The notes below the pieces were generated by a model, which saw only the letters and a program-made list of their open reading frames with translations, was not told the DNA's origin and made no database searches. The translations under genes and the position numbers were made by a program. Below, in pieces: positions 29,429 to 38,769 of a stretch of DNA of 64,000 bases (its first letter is position 1; the number at the start of each line of letters is the position of its first letter). Origin of the DNA: Mycobacteriaceae bacterium (GTDB lineage Bacteria > Actinomycetota > Actinomycetes > Mycobacteriales > Mycobacteriaceae); the NCBI GenBank assembly GCA_029977845.1, contig JAPOKC010000002.1, forward strand, positions 996 to 64,995. The letters are read 5' to 3'.

Positions 29429-30396
29429 ACGTCGATGACGACCTTGCCGATCGCCTTGCGGTCGGCGACATAGCGGATCGCCGCAGCCGCCTCGGTCAAC
29501 GGGAATCGCGCACCGATATAGGGCCGCAGCTTCCCTTCGGAGAGAAGACTCCGCAATTCGGCGTCATCGCGCGCCATCTCCTCGGGGTGGTCGATCATGA
29601 ACGTCCGGATCTCCATGCCCTGCACGGTGATTCCCTTGAGTAGCACCAGATTAAGCGGGATCGCCGGGATCGTTCCCGACGCGTAGCCGAGGGTGACAAA
29701 CCTTCCCCCACGGCCGAGTCCGCGCAATGCCTGCTCCGAATACGGTCCGCCGACCGGGTCGACGACGACCTGGGCCCCGGTCTCCCCGGTGATCTCCTTG
29801 AGCCGGGTGCGCAGATCCTCGCGGTCGTAGTCGATGCATTCGGTCGCTCCGCGCTGTCGGCACACCTGAAGCTTGTCCGCGCCGGAGGCCGCCGCGATAA
29901 CCCGGGCGCCGAAGAGCACGCCGATGTCCACCGCGGCCAGACCCACCCCACCCGCGGCGCCGAGCACCACCACCCAGTCACCGGCTTTCACCGGCGCCAC
30001 GGTGCGCAGTGTGTAGTAGGCGGTGCGGTTGGTGACGCCGAAGGCCGCAGCATCGGCATAGTCGACACCGTCGGGGATCCTGGTGACGGCGCGGGCATCG
30101 ATGGCCACCTGTTCGGCGAAGGCGCCGACGAAACTCGTTGCCGAAACACGTTCGCCGGCAACGAAATCGACGCCCTCACCGACGGCGAGCACATCCCCGG
30201 CGAGTTCACTGCCCGGGCTGAACGGGGGTGGCAGCTTGATCTGGTACTTGCCGGCGATCATCAGGAAGTCGGGATAGTTCACCGCGGCGGCACGTACCTT
30301 GATCACCACCTGTCCTGGGCCCGGTGTCGGATCAGGCAACTCCTCAAGAACGAGATCCTCGGGAAGGCCGTATTCACGGCAGACGATCGCGCGCAT
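29425..30396 (-). CDS. NADPH:quinone oxidoreductase family (Zn-free MDR; possible enone reductase)
   Basis: MRAIVCREYG, AAVNYPD, GAAGGVG, GKVVI; start 30396 overlaps the TetR stop. Confidence 0.9.
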   Translation of the reverse strand: MRAIVCREYGLPEDLVLEELPDPTPGPGQVVIKVRAAAVNYPDFLMIAGKYQIKLPPPFSPGSELAGDVLAVGEGVDFVAGERVSATSFVGAFAEQVAIDARAVTRIPDGVDYADAAAFGVTNRTAYYTLRTVAPVKAGDWVVVLGAAGGVGLAAVDIGVLFGARVIAAASGADKLQVCRQRGATECIDYDREDLRTRLKEITGETGAQVVVDPVGGPYSEQALRGLGRGGRFVTLGYASGTIPAIPLNLVLLKGITVQGMEIRTFMIDHPEEMARDDAELRSLLSEGKLRPYIGARFPLTEAAAAIRYVADRKAIGKVVIDV

Positions 30397-31031
30397 CAGT
30401 CGTTCCTCACGTCGGGGCTCACAGACACTCCCAGACCACCCAGGCAGAACCGAACCAGATGATCGATATCCCTGCGACCCGGCTGATCGCCGGACCCGAC
30501 ATATCGTCGCATCGCGCCGACCGTGCACCCGAAGACCGCCTCGGCATCGCGGGCGGGATCGGGACGGCCCAGTGCCTGCAACGGTTGCACGAGCAGATCA
30601 CGCATGGTGGCCATGATCTCCTCCTCGGCGAGCCGGCCCCTGTCGGATTCCGACATCTGGCCGACCAGGGTGCGGCTGGTCCCGACCAGTTTCGGATCGG
30701 CCACCTGAGCGAGCGCTCCCCTGATCCACCGGGCGACCTTGTCCTCGGGGGTCTTCTCCTTGGCCATCTGGTGCTCGAGATACGAGACAACCAATGCGAC
30801 ACCGCGTTCCATCACCGCCAGCATCAGATCGTCCTTGCCGGCGAAGTAGCGGTAGAAGGCCTTATTGGAGACCTTGGCCTCGGCGATGATGTCGCTGACT
30901 CTCGGCGCCTCCGGCGCCACCCGCTGCATCTCCCGGACCGCTGCGGCCAGAATCCGCTCGACGTCATCGGCGGCGTCGCGCCGGCGCTCGTCGAGGGCAC
31001 GGACGACCGCGGCGGCGGCGCGACTGGTCAC
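30396..31031 (-). CDS. TetR family transcriptional regulator
   Basis: RILAAA...RVSDIIAEAKVSNKAFYRYFAGKDDL HTH. Confidence 0.9.
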   Translation of the reverse strand: MTSRAAAAVVRALDERRRDAADDVERILAAAVREMQRVAPEAPRVSDIIAEAKVSNKAFYRYFAGKDDLMLAVMERGVALVVSYLEHQMAKEKTPEDKVARWIRGALAQVADPKLVGTSRTLVGQMSESDRGRLAEEEIMATMRDLLVQPLQALGRPDPARDAEAVFGCTVGAMRRYVGSGDQPGRRDIDHLVRFCLGGLGVSVSPDVRND

Positions 31032-32335
31032 GGCGTGACGGGAAGCGCCGGGATCCGGTCCACCAGATGCCCGTACTTCTCCCGCACCCGTTCGATCCGG
31101 CTCTCCATGAACTCACTGGGCCACATCGGGTCCTCGGGTTCGTAATTCTTGAGCACCATGCGGGCCAGATTGACCTTGTGCGCCTCGGTGGGTCCGTCGG
31201 CCAGTCCGAGTGCGATCCCGCCGAACAGCACGTTGACCAACGGCATCTGATCGGTCAATCCGAGTCCGCCGTGGGTCTGGATGGCCCGAAGTCCGATCGC
31301 CTTGAGCAGATTGGCCGTCGCGATCTTGCAGGCCGCGATCTCCTCCCGCGCGGCATGCTCACCCTGGGTGTCGCACAGCCAGGCCGCGTGCAGGACCATC
31401 AGCCGGAACTGGGTCAGTTCGACGTAGGAGTCGGCGACGAATTCCTGGATGAGCTGTTTGTCGGCCAGCACACTGCCCTGGGTGAAACGGCTCTTCGCCC
31501 GTCGCGCCATCATGTCGATGGCGCGCTGGGCGACTCCGATGGAGCGCATCGCGTGATGCAGCCGGCCGCCGGAGAGCCGGGTCTGCGCAACACCGAACCC
31601 GCCGCCCTCCGGTCCGAGGATCGCCGATCCCGGCACCCGGACGTTGTCGTAGCGGACCAGCGAATGGCCGGGCTCGTGCGGTCGGGAACCGACCAGATGG
31701 TGGGTGGCCTCGACGATCACCCCCGGGGTGTTCTTCGGAACAAGGAAGGTCGATGCACCCTTGTGCACCGCGACGTCGGGGTTGGTGATCGCCACGACGA
31801 TGAAGAACGATGCGACCGCGGCATTCGACGACCAGTACTTGCGGCCGTTGATGATCCAGTCGTCACCATCGCGGGTGGCGCGGGTGGTGAACACCTTGGG
31901 ATCCGATCCGCCCTGCGGTTCGGTCATCGAGAAGGTGGAGAAGATCTCCCCCGACAGCAGCCCGGCGAGATAGGTGTCCTTCTGCTCCTGGGTGCCGTAC
32001 TTGGCGATGATCTCCGCGTTGCCGGTGTCGGGGGCCTGGGTGCCGAAGATGATCGAGGACCAGGTGGCCCGGCCGAGGATCTCGTTGATCAGGGTCAGCT
32101 TGACCGCGCCGAATCCCTGCCCGCCGAGTTCCGGTCCGAGGTGCGGCGCCCACAGGCCCTGGTCGCGCACCCGCTGCTTGAGCGGGTCGACGATCCTGCG
32201 CCGCTGCGCGTCGAGTGGCAGGAATTCGCACCCGGGGAAGAGCACCTCGAGCGGTTCGACCTCTTCGCGGACGAACTCTCGGATCCACTCCAGCTTCTTC
32301 TCGAACTCCGGCTCGGTGGAGAAGTCCCATGCCAT
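31028..32335 (-). CDS. Acyl-CoA dehydrogenase (ACAD10/11, LvaC-like)
   Basis: QAPDTGNAE, FSMTEPQGGSDP, AQTRLSGGRLHHAMR, LADGPTEAHK. Confidence 0.9.
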   Translation of the reverse strand: MAWDFSTEPEFEKKLEWIREFVREEVEPLEVLFPGCEFLPLDAQRRRIVDPLKQRVRDQGLWAPHLGPELGGQGFGAVKLTLINEILGRATWSSIIFGTQAPDTGNAEIIAKYGTQEQKDTYLAGLLSGEIFSTFSMTEPQGGSDPKVFTTRATRDGDDWIINGRKYWSSNAAVASFFIVVAITNPDVAVHKGASTFLVPKNTPGVIVEATHHLVGSRPHEPGHSLVRYDNVRVPGSAILGPEGGGFGVAQTRLSGGRLHHAMRSIGVAQRAIDMMARRAKSRFTQGSVLADKQLIQEFVADSYVELTQFRLMVLHAAWLCDTQGEHAAREEIAACKIATANLLKAIGLRAIQTHGGLGLTDQMPLVNVLFGGIALGLADGPTEAHKVNLARMVLKNYEPEDPMWPSEFMESRIERVREKYGHLVDRIPALPVTP

Positions 32336-32351
32336 GTCGTGCTCCTGCCTG

Positions 32352-33110
32352 TCAGGGAATGCCGCCGTCGGCCCGAAGGATCGAGCCGGTGGTGAAACTG
32401 GACGCGTCGGACATCAAGAACAAGGCGGCGCCGATGATCTCGGCAGGCTCGCCGGCCCGCTTGAGCGCGTGGCGGCCGAAAGGGTTCTCGACGCTGAAGT
32501 CCCACGCCTTGCTGATATCGGTGAGGAAGGGTCCGGGCATCAGCGTGTTGACGCGAACACTCGGACCGAATGCCAGTGCCAGACCTTCGGTCATCGCGTT
32601 GAGCCCGGCCTTGGACGCCGCATAGGGGATGAAGGACGGATGCGGCCGCAGCGATCCGTGCGTGCTGACGTTGATGATCGCCCCGCCGCCGTCGGTAACC
32701 ATCCGTTCCCCGACGAGGGCCGAGAGCCGGAATGGCCCCTTGAGATTGAGGTTGATCACCGCGTCGAACAACTTCTCGTTGACGTTCGTCAGCTTGTCGT
32801 AGGTCGGCGACATTCCGGCGTTGTTGACCAGGACGTCGAGCTTTCCGAACCGTTCGTACACGGCGTCGACAAGTCCGTCGAGTTCATCCCAGCGTCCGAC
32901 ATGGACTCCGTACGGCATTGCGGTGCGGCCGGTTTCGGCCTCGATCTCCGCTGCGGTCACCACACAGGTGTCGTACTTCCGGCTGGCGATGATCACATCC
33001 GCGCCGCAGCGCGCTGCTCCGAATGCCATCTCGCGGCCGAGCCCGCGACTGCCCCCGGTGATCAGCACGACCTTGCCGGTCAGATCGAAAAGATCGTCGG
33101 CGTAACCCAT
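32352..33110 (-). CDS. SDR family oxidoreductase
   Basis: TGGSRGLG, NNAG, YAASK. Confidence 0.92.
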   Translation of the reverse strand: MGYADDLFDLTGKVVLITGGSRGLGREMAFGAARCGADVIIASRKYDTCVVTAAEIEAETGRTAMPYGVHVGRWDELDGLVDAVYERFGKLDVLVNNAGMSPTYDKLTNVNEKLFDAVINLNLKGPFRLSALVGERMVTDGGGAIINVSTHGSLRPHPSFIPYAASKAGLNAMTEGLALAFGPSVRVNTLMPGPFLTDISKAWDFSVENPFGRHALKRAGEPAEIIGAALFLMSDASSFTTGSILRADGGIP

Positions 33111-33111
33111 C

Positions 33112-34155
33112 TCAGGCCTCCGGTCCGGATTGGGCCAACCGGGCGGCGGTGCTGATCAGATCCGGCGCCATGTTGCCGAATGCCTCTTTGATCCTCGGGT
33201 CGGCCTTGGGGTTGTTGACCGCGCCGGCGTAGGTCTTCTCCAACACGATGCCGAGTTTCCAGTTCGCCAGCACCAGGTAGTAGTGGATGTTCTCGGTCGA
33301 GATTCCGGTCAGCTTCTCGTAGTGAGCGAGCAACTCGCTGCGGGTGGGCATCCCCTCCATCGGAAGGTAGAAGCCCTGGGTCTTGGGTTCCTCGCCCTCA
33401 TAGCCCAGCAGCGCCCACGCGACGTCGAGCAACGGGTCGCCGATCGTGGTCATCTCCCAGTCGACGATGGCGGCAAGTCGGGCCGGCGCCCCGTGCGCGT
33501 ACATGACGTTGGCGAACTGATAGTCGCCGTGCATGATCCCCGGCGTGAAGTGTGCCGGCCGGTTGGCGCGCAGCCAGTCCGAGGCCACGTCGAGACCGTC
33601 CAACTCCCGGACCTTGAAGGTCGCCAGGAATGACAGCCAGCGATCCACCTGGCGGTCGTGAAAGCCGTCCGGCTTGCCGAACCCCTCGAGTCCCTGGGCC
33701 TTCCAGTCCAAGCGGCCGAGTTTGGCGGCACCCTCGATGAGCTGGAAGGCCAGACCGCGGCGTGCTTCCAGATCCGTGTCGAACGGTGCAGCCCAGCCAC
33801 CGTCCATAGGACTCCAGCCGTCGATCTCCTTCATCAGGTAGAACGGCTTACCCAGGACGGCGCCGCTCTCATCGGCGGCGACCAGTTCGGCGTGCGGCAC
33901 GTCGGTGCCCCGCAGCGCCCGCTCCAGACGGATCTCCCGGAGCAGTTCGCTCAGGCGTTTCTCGTCGGCGCGCGGCCCGGGCATCCGCAGCACCATCTTC
34001 TGACCGCCCCGCTCGACGCGGTACAGCATGTTCTGCGATCCGCCCTTGAGCACCTCGGCGACCGGTTCCTCACCGTGGCCGGGGGCCTCCTGGGTGTCGA
34101 GCCAGCGGCCCAGCGCCGCGGTGTCCAGGCCTGCGGGTTCTTCTGTTCTCGCCAT
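33112..34155 (-). CDS. APH-like phosphotransferase (ACAD10/11 kinase domain, LvaA-like)
   Basis: GGSQN, VLRMP, HGDYQFANV, IVDWEMTTIGDPLLD. Confidence 0.88.
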   Translation of the reverse strand: MARTEEPAGLDTAALGRWLDTQEAPGHGEEPVAEVLKGGSQNMLYRVERGGQKMVLRMPGPRADEKRLSELLREIRLERALRGTDVPHAELVAADESGAVLGKPFYLMKEIDGWSPMDGGWAAPFDTDLEARRGLAFQLIEGAAKLGRLDWKAQGLEGFGKPDGFHDRQVDRWLSFLATFKVRELDGLDVASDWLRANRPAHFTPGIMHGDYQFANVMYAHGAPARLAAIVDWEMTTIGDPLLDVAWALLGYEGEEPKTQGFYLPMEGMPTRSELLAHYEKLTGISTENIHYYLVLANWKLGIVLEKTYAGAVNNPKADPRIKEAFGNMAPDLISTAARLAQSGPEA

Positions 34156-34178
34156 GGGAACTCCTTAGTCTCCACCGG

Positions 34179-34193
34179 GAGAATAGCATTCTC
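34179..34193. promoter_or_regulatory. Palindromic operator GAGAAT-N3-ATTCTC (perfect copy)
   Basis: GAGAATAGCATTCTC about 24 bp upstream of the phosphotransferase start. Confidence 0.75.
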
Positions 34194-34203
34194 CGCAGCT
34201 CGG

Positions 34204-35742
34204 CTAAAGGGTTCCTTCCGCAACGCCCATCCGGACCAGATACTTCTGCACCTTGCCGCTCGGGGTGCGCGGATAGTCCTCCACCTGATGCAGTTCCTCG
34301 GGCCACTTCTGCCGCGCCGCCCCGGCCGCCTCGAAGTGTGCGCGCACCTGATCCAGGTTCGGCATCTGCTGCCCCTCGCGCATCCGCAACACCGCGGCCA
34401 CGCGTTCACCGAGCCGGGCGTCCGGAGCAGCGACCACGACTGCTTCGGCGACCCCCGGCACGGCGAGCAGAAGTTCCTCGACTTCGAGTGCGCTGACGTT
34501 CTCACCGCCGCGGATGATGACGTCGGCTTTACGGTCGGTGATGGTCAGATAGCCCTCGGAGTCGATCACACCGATATCGCCGGTGTGGTACCAGCCGTCG
34601 GCGTCGAAGGCCCGTTCGGTGAGTGCGTCATCGGTGTACCCGAGACACAGATCCGGTCCGCGGGAAAGGATTTCGCCATCCTCGGTCAGCCGGATCTCCA
34701 CACCCGGACGGGGATTCCCATCGGTGAACAGTCGCTTGTCCTCCGGCGCAGACAGCTGGGAACCGGTGACGGACGGATGCTCGGTGCTGCCGTAGGACCG
34801 GAAGACGACGATGCCGAGATCCGCCAGCCGGCGGGTCACTGCGGCCGGCACCGCCGACCCGCCGAGGCCGACGGTGGTGATCCGGCTCAGGTGCGACTCG
34901 GAGAAGTTCGGATGGTCGAGCAGACTGGTCACGAAGTAGGGCGGCCCACCCCCGATCGACATCCCCTCGCGATCCATGAGGTCAAGGACCAGGCCGGGAT
35001 CCCAGACATCGCAGAGGTCGATCGGTGATCCCTCCAGCACCGGGATCAGGAAGGCGCTGAGCATGCCGATGAAGTGCCCCACCGGGGTGGCGGTGATCTG
35101 ATGGCCGCGATCCGGTGCATAGTTCGCCAGCAGCTGGTGGGTTTCGAACCCGAGCGTCTGATGGCTGTGCACGACTCCCTTGGGGTCGCGAGTGGTTCCG
35201 GAGGTGAAGGCGATGACCGCCGGACCGGCCGGGTCGGTCCGCACCAGGCCCGGCATCGGCTCATCGGCGAGGAGGTCGTCGAAATCGCTTCCCACCAGTC
35301 CGACGACGGGGATGTCCTCGCACAGGTCCGGGTGATGGTCCATATGCCGGAACTGCTTGGTGGTGATGAGGACGGCGGGCTTGCAGGTGCCCAGAATGTG
35401 GCCCAGCTCCTTGCGGCCGTAGAAATGCACGACCGGCACCACCACCGCTCCGAGTAAGGCCGCGGCCCAGAAGGTCGCCGCCGCCTCGGCCCAGTTGGGC
35501 AGTTGCATGACCACGACGTCGCCCGGGCCGACACCCCGTTCGCACAGACCCGCGGCCAGCCGGCGTGCCAGGTGCTCGACATCGGCGAAGGTGCCGTCGA
35601 ACGGCCGGACATCGGAGAAGACCCGGAACCCGGTGTCCGGGTTGGCGGCCAGACCACGGGCGACGAGGTCACCGAGGGTGTCCTCGGTCCACCAGCCCTC
35701 GCTCTCGTAGCGGCGGCTCAGTTCTGCGGGGATCGGGCGCAT
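34204..35742 (-). CDS. Acyl-CoA ligase (cyclohexanecarboxylate-CoA ligase-like)
   Basis: FTSGTTRDPKG, SYGSTEHP, WYHTGD, QKWPE, RTPSGKVQK; start re-chosen at ATG 35742. Confidence 0.88.
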   Translation of the reverse strand: MRPIPAELSRRYESEGWWTEDTLGDLVARGLAANPDTGFRVFSDVRPFDGTFADVEHLARRLAAGLCERGVGPGDVVVMQLPNWAEAAATFWAAALLGAVVVPVVHFYGRKELGHILGTCKPAVLITTKQFRHMDHHPDLCEDIPVVGLVGSDFDDLLADEPMPGLVRTDPAGPAVIAFTSGTTRDPKGVVHSHQTLGFETHQLLANYAPDRGHQITATPVGHFIGMLSAFLIPVLEGSPIDLCDVWDPGLVLDLMDREGMSIGGGPPYFVTSLLDHPNFSESHLSRITTVGLGGSAVPAAVTRRLADLGIVVFRSYGSTEHPSVTGSQLSAPEDKRLFTDGNPRPGVEIRLTEDGEILSRGPDLCLGYTDDALTERAFDADGWYHTGDIGVIDSEGYLTITDRKADVIIRGGENVSALEVEELLLAVPGVAEAVVVAAPDARLGERVAAVLRMREGQQMPNLDQVRAHFEAAGAARQKWPEELHQVEDYPRTPSGKVQKYLVRMGVAEGTL

Positions 35743-35745
35743 CGT

Positions 35746-35795
35746 GGCGATGCTATTCTCCATCAGCGAGAATGCCAATATCGGAAATGGAGAAC
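35746..35795. promoter_or_regulatory. Array of three operator copies at 22 bp pitch in a divergent promoter
   Basis: GGCGATGCTATTCTC (35746), GAGAATGCCAATATC (35768), half-site GAGAAC (35790). Confidence 0.65.
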
Positions 35796-35801
35796 GGCCT
35801 C

Positions 35802-36518
35802 ATGGTGGACCTGGAGCGCAGTGGCGGCCTGGCCGTCATCACCATCGACCGGCCCCACGCCCGCAACGCCATCGCGATGTCGACGATGGGCGAACTCGAG
35901 GAGGCCCTCGACGCCGCGGCGGGCGCTCAGGCACTGGTCATCCGTGGCGGCGGCGATCGCGCCTTCGTCTCCGGCGGAGATCTCAAGGAGTTGGCCGCAC
36001 TGCGCACCATCGAGGAGGCCTCGGGGATGGCCCGGCGGATGAGGACCGTCTGCGACAGGATCGCGGACTTTCCGGCGCCGGTGGTGGCCGCGCTCAACGG
36101 TCACGCCCTGGGCGGAGGTGCCGAAGTCGCGGTGGCCGCCGATATCCGGATCGCCGCCGACGACATCAAGATCGGGTTCAATCAGGTCTCACTGGAGATC
36201 ATGCCGGCCTGGGGCGGGGCCGAACGGCTCGGCGCGCTGGTCGGCCGGGGCCGGGCACTGATGCTCGCCGGTTCCGGTACCATCCTCGGGGCCGCCGACG
36301 CGCAACGACTGGGGCTGATCGACCGGGTGGTCCCCCGCGCCGCGTTCGACGAGGAGTGGCGAGCGCTGGCGGAGGCCTTGGCGAACCGCCCGGCAGGGCG
36401 AATCAAGCAGGTGCTCGCCGGCGCGACCCCCGACCAGGCGGTGGCAGCCTTCGCCGATCTCTGGGTCTCCGATGAGCACTGGCAGGCCGCCGACCGGGTG
36501 ATGAACAAAGGTAAGTAG
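35802..36518 (+). CDS. Enoyl-CoA hydratase/isomerase family protein
   Basis: ITIDRPHARNA, AFVSGGDLK, LNGHALGGGAEVA, MPAWGG. Confidence 0.9.
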   Translation: MVDLERSGGLAVITIDRPHARNAIAMSTMGELEEALDAAAGAQALVIRGGGDRAFVSGGDLKELAALRTIEEASGMARRMRTVCDRIADFPAPVVAALNGHALGGGAEVAVAADIRIAADDIKIGFNQVSLEIMPAWGGAERLGALVGRGRALMLAGSGTILGAADAQRLGLIDRVVPRAAFDEEWRALAEALANRPAGRIKQVLAGATPDQAVAAFADLWVSDEHWQAADRVMNKGK

Positions 36519-36579
36519 AACCGTGGCGAACATCCCCCAAACCGTGGTTTCGACAGCAGGCGGCGTGCAAAACTGGCTC

Positions 36580-37005
36580 ATGGACTTCGTCCGGATGACA
36601 TCTGCGTTCGCCCTGGCTGTGAGCGCGACGACCCTCGCCACGGCAGTCGGCGCGGTGCCCGCTCATGCCGAAGGCCCGGTGATGCATCAGGTCACCTACA
36701 GCGTGTTCACCGAACGTCCGTTCAAGGCCGACATCTACTACCGGGACGCCGAACCCGCCATCTGGTCGGACTACAGCCACAACCCGTATCAGTTCAGTCC
36801 CAAGATCGAGGTTCAGGTCGGCCCCGACAACCCGTGGGTGCTCAATGTGCAACTCGCCAATCCCAACGAATGGGCGATGGTGATCGGCACCAGCGGACTG
36901 TCCCCCAATCCGCCGTACTTTCATTGCGTGCTGGCCATCGACGGGGTCGTGGTCAAGACGAACGGCGGCACCAAAGGCGCACTGTGCTCCGTGCGCATGT
37001 GGTGA
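36580..37005 (+). CDS. Secreted hypothetical protein with MmpS-like C-terminal Cys pair
   Basis: Signal peptide ending PAHA-EG; HCVLAIDGVVV...ALC resembles the MmpS Ig-like domain; start uncertain (36523-36595). Confidence 0.65.
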   Translation: MDFVRMTSAFALAVSATTLATAVGAVPAHAEGPVMHQVTYSVFTERPFKADIYYRDAEPAIWSDYSHNPYQFSPKIEVQVGPDNPWVLNVQLANPNEWAMVIGTSGLSPNPPYFHCVLAIDGVVVKTNGGTKGALCSVRMW

Positions 37006-37018
37006 CGCCTGAAGACTC

Positions 37019-38296
37019 ATGACCGATTTTGCAACCGTCGACTTCCTCACCGACCAGTCACTGGTTCCCGACCCGTATCCGTACTACGACTATCTGCGCG
37101 CGCGAAACCCCGTAGTGCTGGTCCCGCCGCACAACTTCGTCGCGGTCACCGGTTACGACGAGGCGATGGCGGTCTACAAGAACATCGACGACTTCTCCTC
37201 CTGCGTGGCGTTGGGCGGACCGTTCCCCCCACTGCCGTTCACGCCGGAGGGTGACGATCTCAATGCCGCGATCGATGCGCACCGCGAACAGTTCCCGATG
37301 TTCGAGCACATGGTCACCATGGATCCGCCCGAACACACCAAGGCCCGTTCACTGCTGAGCCGGCTGCTGACGCCGAAGCGGCTCAAGGAGAACGAGGACT
37401 TCATGTGGCGGCTCGCCGACCGCCAGCTCGACGAGTTCATCCATCAGGGCAGGTGCGAGTTCCTCGCCGAATACGCGAAACCCTTCTCGCTGTTGGTGAT
37501 CGCCGATCTTCTCGGGGTTCCCGAGGAGGACCATCAGGAGTTCCGCGTCGTCCTGGGCGCCGAACGTCCCGGCGCCCGGGTCGGTGCACTCGACCACGAG
37601 TCGGTCGGCAGGAATCCGCTGGAGTTCCTCGACGAGAAGTTCAGCGGTTACCTCAAGGACCGGCGCAGCAATCCGCGTGATGACGTGCTGACCGACCTGG
37701 CGACGGCGAAGTACCCCGACGGCTCCACACCGGAGATCATCGAGGTGGTGCGCACCGCGACCTTCCTGTTCGCCGCCGGGCAGGAGACCACGGCCAAACT
37801 GCTGTCCGGAGCGATCAAGGTTCTCGGTGAGCGGCAGGATGTGCAACAGGCGTTGCGCACCGACCGCAGTCTGATTCCGACCTTCGTCGAGGAGTCGCTG
37901 CGGCTGGAGAGTCCGGTGAAGAGTGACTCCCGCCTGGTCCGCAGATCTACCCGGATCGGTGATGTGGATCTGCCGGCCGGAACCATCGTGATGGTGCTGC
38001 CGGGCGCGGTGAACCGTGATCCGCGCCGTTTCACCGATCCGAATGAATTCGACTTGCACAGAGGCAATGTGCGCGAGCACATCGCGTTCGGCCGCGGCGC
38101 CCACTCATGCCCCGGCGCGCCGCTGGCAAGGGTGGAGGGCCGGGTGTCTCTGGAGCGCATCCTCGATCGGATGGGCGATATCCGCATCGACGAGGAATTC
38201 CACGGACCGGCCGCACAGCGTCGCTACAACTGGGAGCCGACCTACATCCTGCGCGGGCTCGCCGACGTGCACATCACGTTCACCCCGAAGGACTGA
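37019..38296 (+). CDS. Cytochrome P450 (CYP150-like)
   Basis: FLFAAGQETT, EESLR, heme motif FGRGAHSCPG, PTYILRGL. Confidence 0.93.
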   Translation: MTDFATVDFLTDQSLVPDPYPYYDYLRARNPVVLVPPHNFVAVTGYDEAMAVYKNIDDFSSCVALGGPFPPLPFTPEGDDLNAAIDAHREQFPMFEHMVTMDPPEHTKARSLLSRLLTPKRLKENEDFMWRLADRQLDEFIHQGRCEFLAEYAKPFSLLVIADLLGVPEEDHQEFRVVLGAERPGARVGALDHESVGRNPLEFLDEKFSGYLKDRRSNPRDDVLTDLATAKYPDGSTPEIIEVVRTATFLFAAGQETTAKLLSGAIKVLGERQDVQQALRTDRSLIPTFVEESLRLESPVKSDSRLVRRSTRIGDVDLPAGTIVMVLPGAVNRDPRRFTDPNEFDLHRGNVREHIAFGRGAHSCPGAPLARVEGRVSLERILDRMGDIRIDEEFHGPAAQRRYNWEPTYILRGLADVHITFTPKD

Positions 38297-38299
38297 GGC

Positions 38300-38680
38300 T
38301 TAAGCGTCGCCCTGCACCCAGATCGACTGGGCGTTCTGGGTCGCACACGTCAGGAACATACCGTCAGGTGCCTGCGCCACGTAATTCTCGTAGCCCTCGC
38401 AGGTGCTGTTGAAGATCTTGACGCCGGCCATCGGCGGTGAACGGAAGTACCGGGGCGCGAAGCGCCGCGGCGAACCGCAGAAGATCAACCGGCCCCAATT
38501 GTTTCGGGTGTCGACACCGAACACGTAATAGGTGGTGTTGTCGCACGGGGCGCCCAGCTCGACTCCGGCGGTGATGCCGGGGGTGCAGAACGCGTCGTTG
38601 CATTCATCGGCCGTTGCCGACGCGGGCATGAACAAGCCTGCGGTCAGCAGCGCCACCAGCCCGGGCACGGTCCATCGCAC
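38300..38680 (-). CDS. Small secreted Cys-rich hypothetical protein
   Basis: GTG start 38680 with AGAGAG RBS, signal peptide ending ATA-DE, 6 Cys in the mature part. Confidence 0.7.
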   Translation of the reverse strand: MRWTVPGLVALLTAGLFMPASATADECNDAFCTPGITAGVELGAPCDNTTYYVFGVDTRNNWGRLIFCGSPRRFAPRYFRSPPMAGVKIFNSTCEGYENYVAQAPDGMFLTCATQNAQSIWVQGDA

Positions 38681-38700
38681 CTCTCTACTTTCCCACAATC

Positions 38701-38715
38701 GGTAACCGAATTCTC
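38701..38715. promoter_or_regulatory. Degenerate operator copy in a divergent promoter
   Basis: GGTAACCGAATTCTC. Confidence 0.45.
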
Positions 38716-38769
38716 CGGCTCGGGCAAGAAAATTCGTGTGGCCTTCAAGCACTGTGGGAAACTGGCACG

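Noticed and set aside
33112-34155. Aminoglycoside resistance gene
   Set aside because: Context with ACAD and SDR and the motif pattern fit the ACAD10/LvaA kinase subfamily
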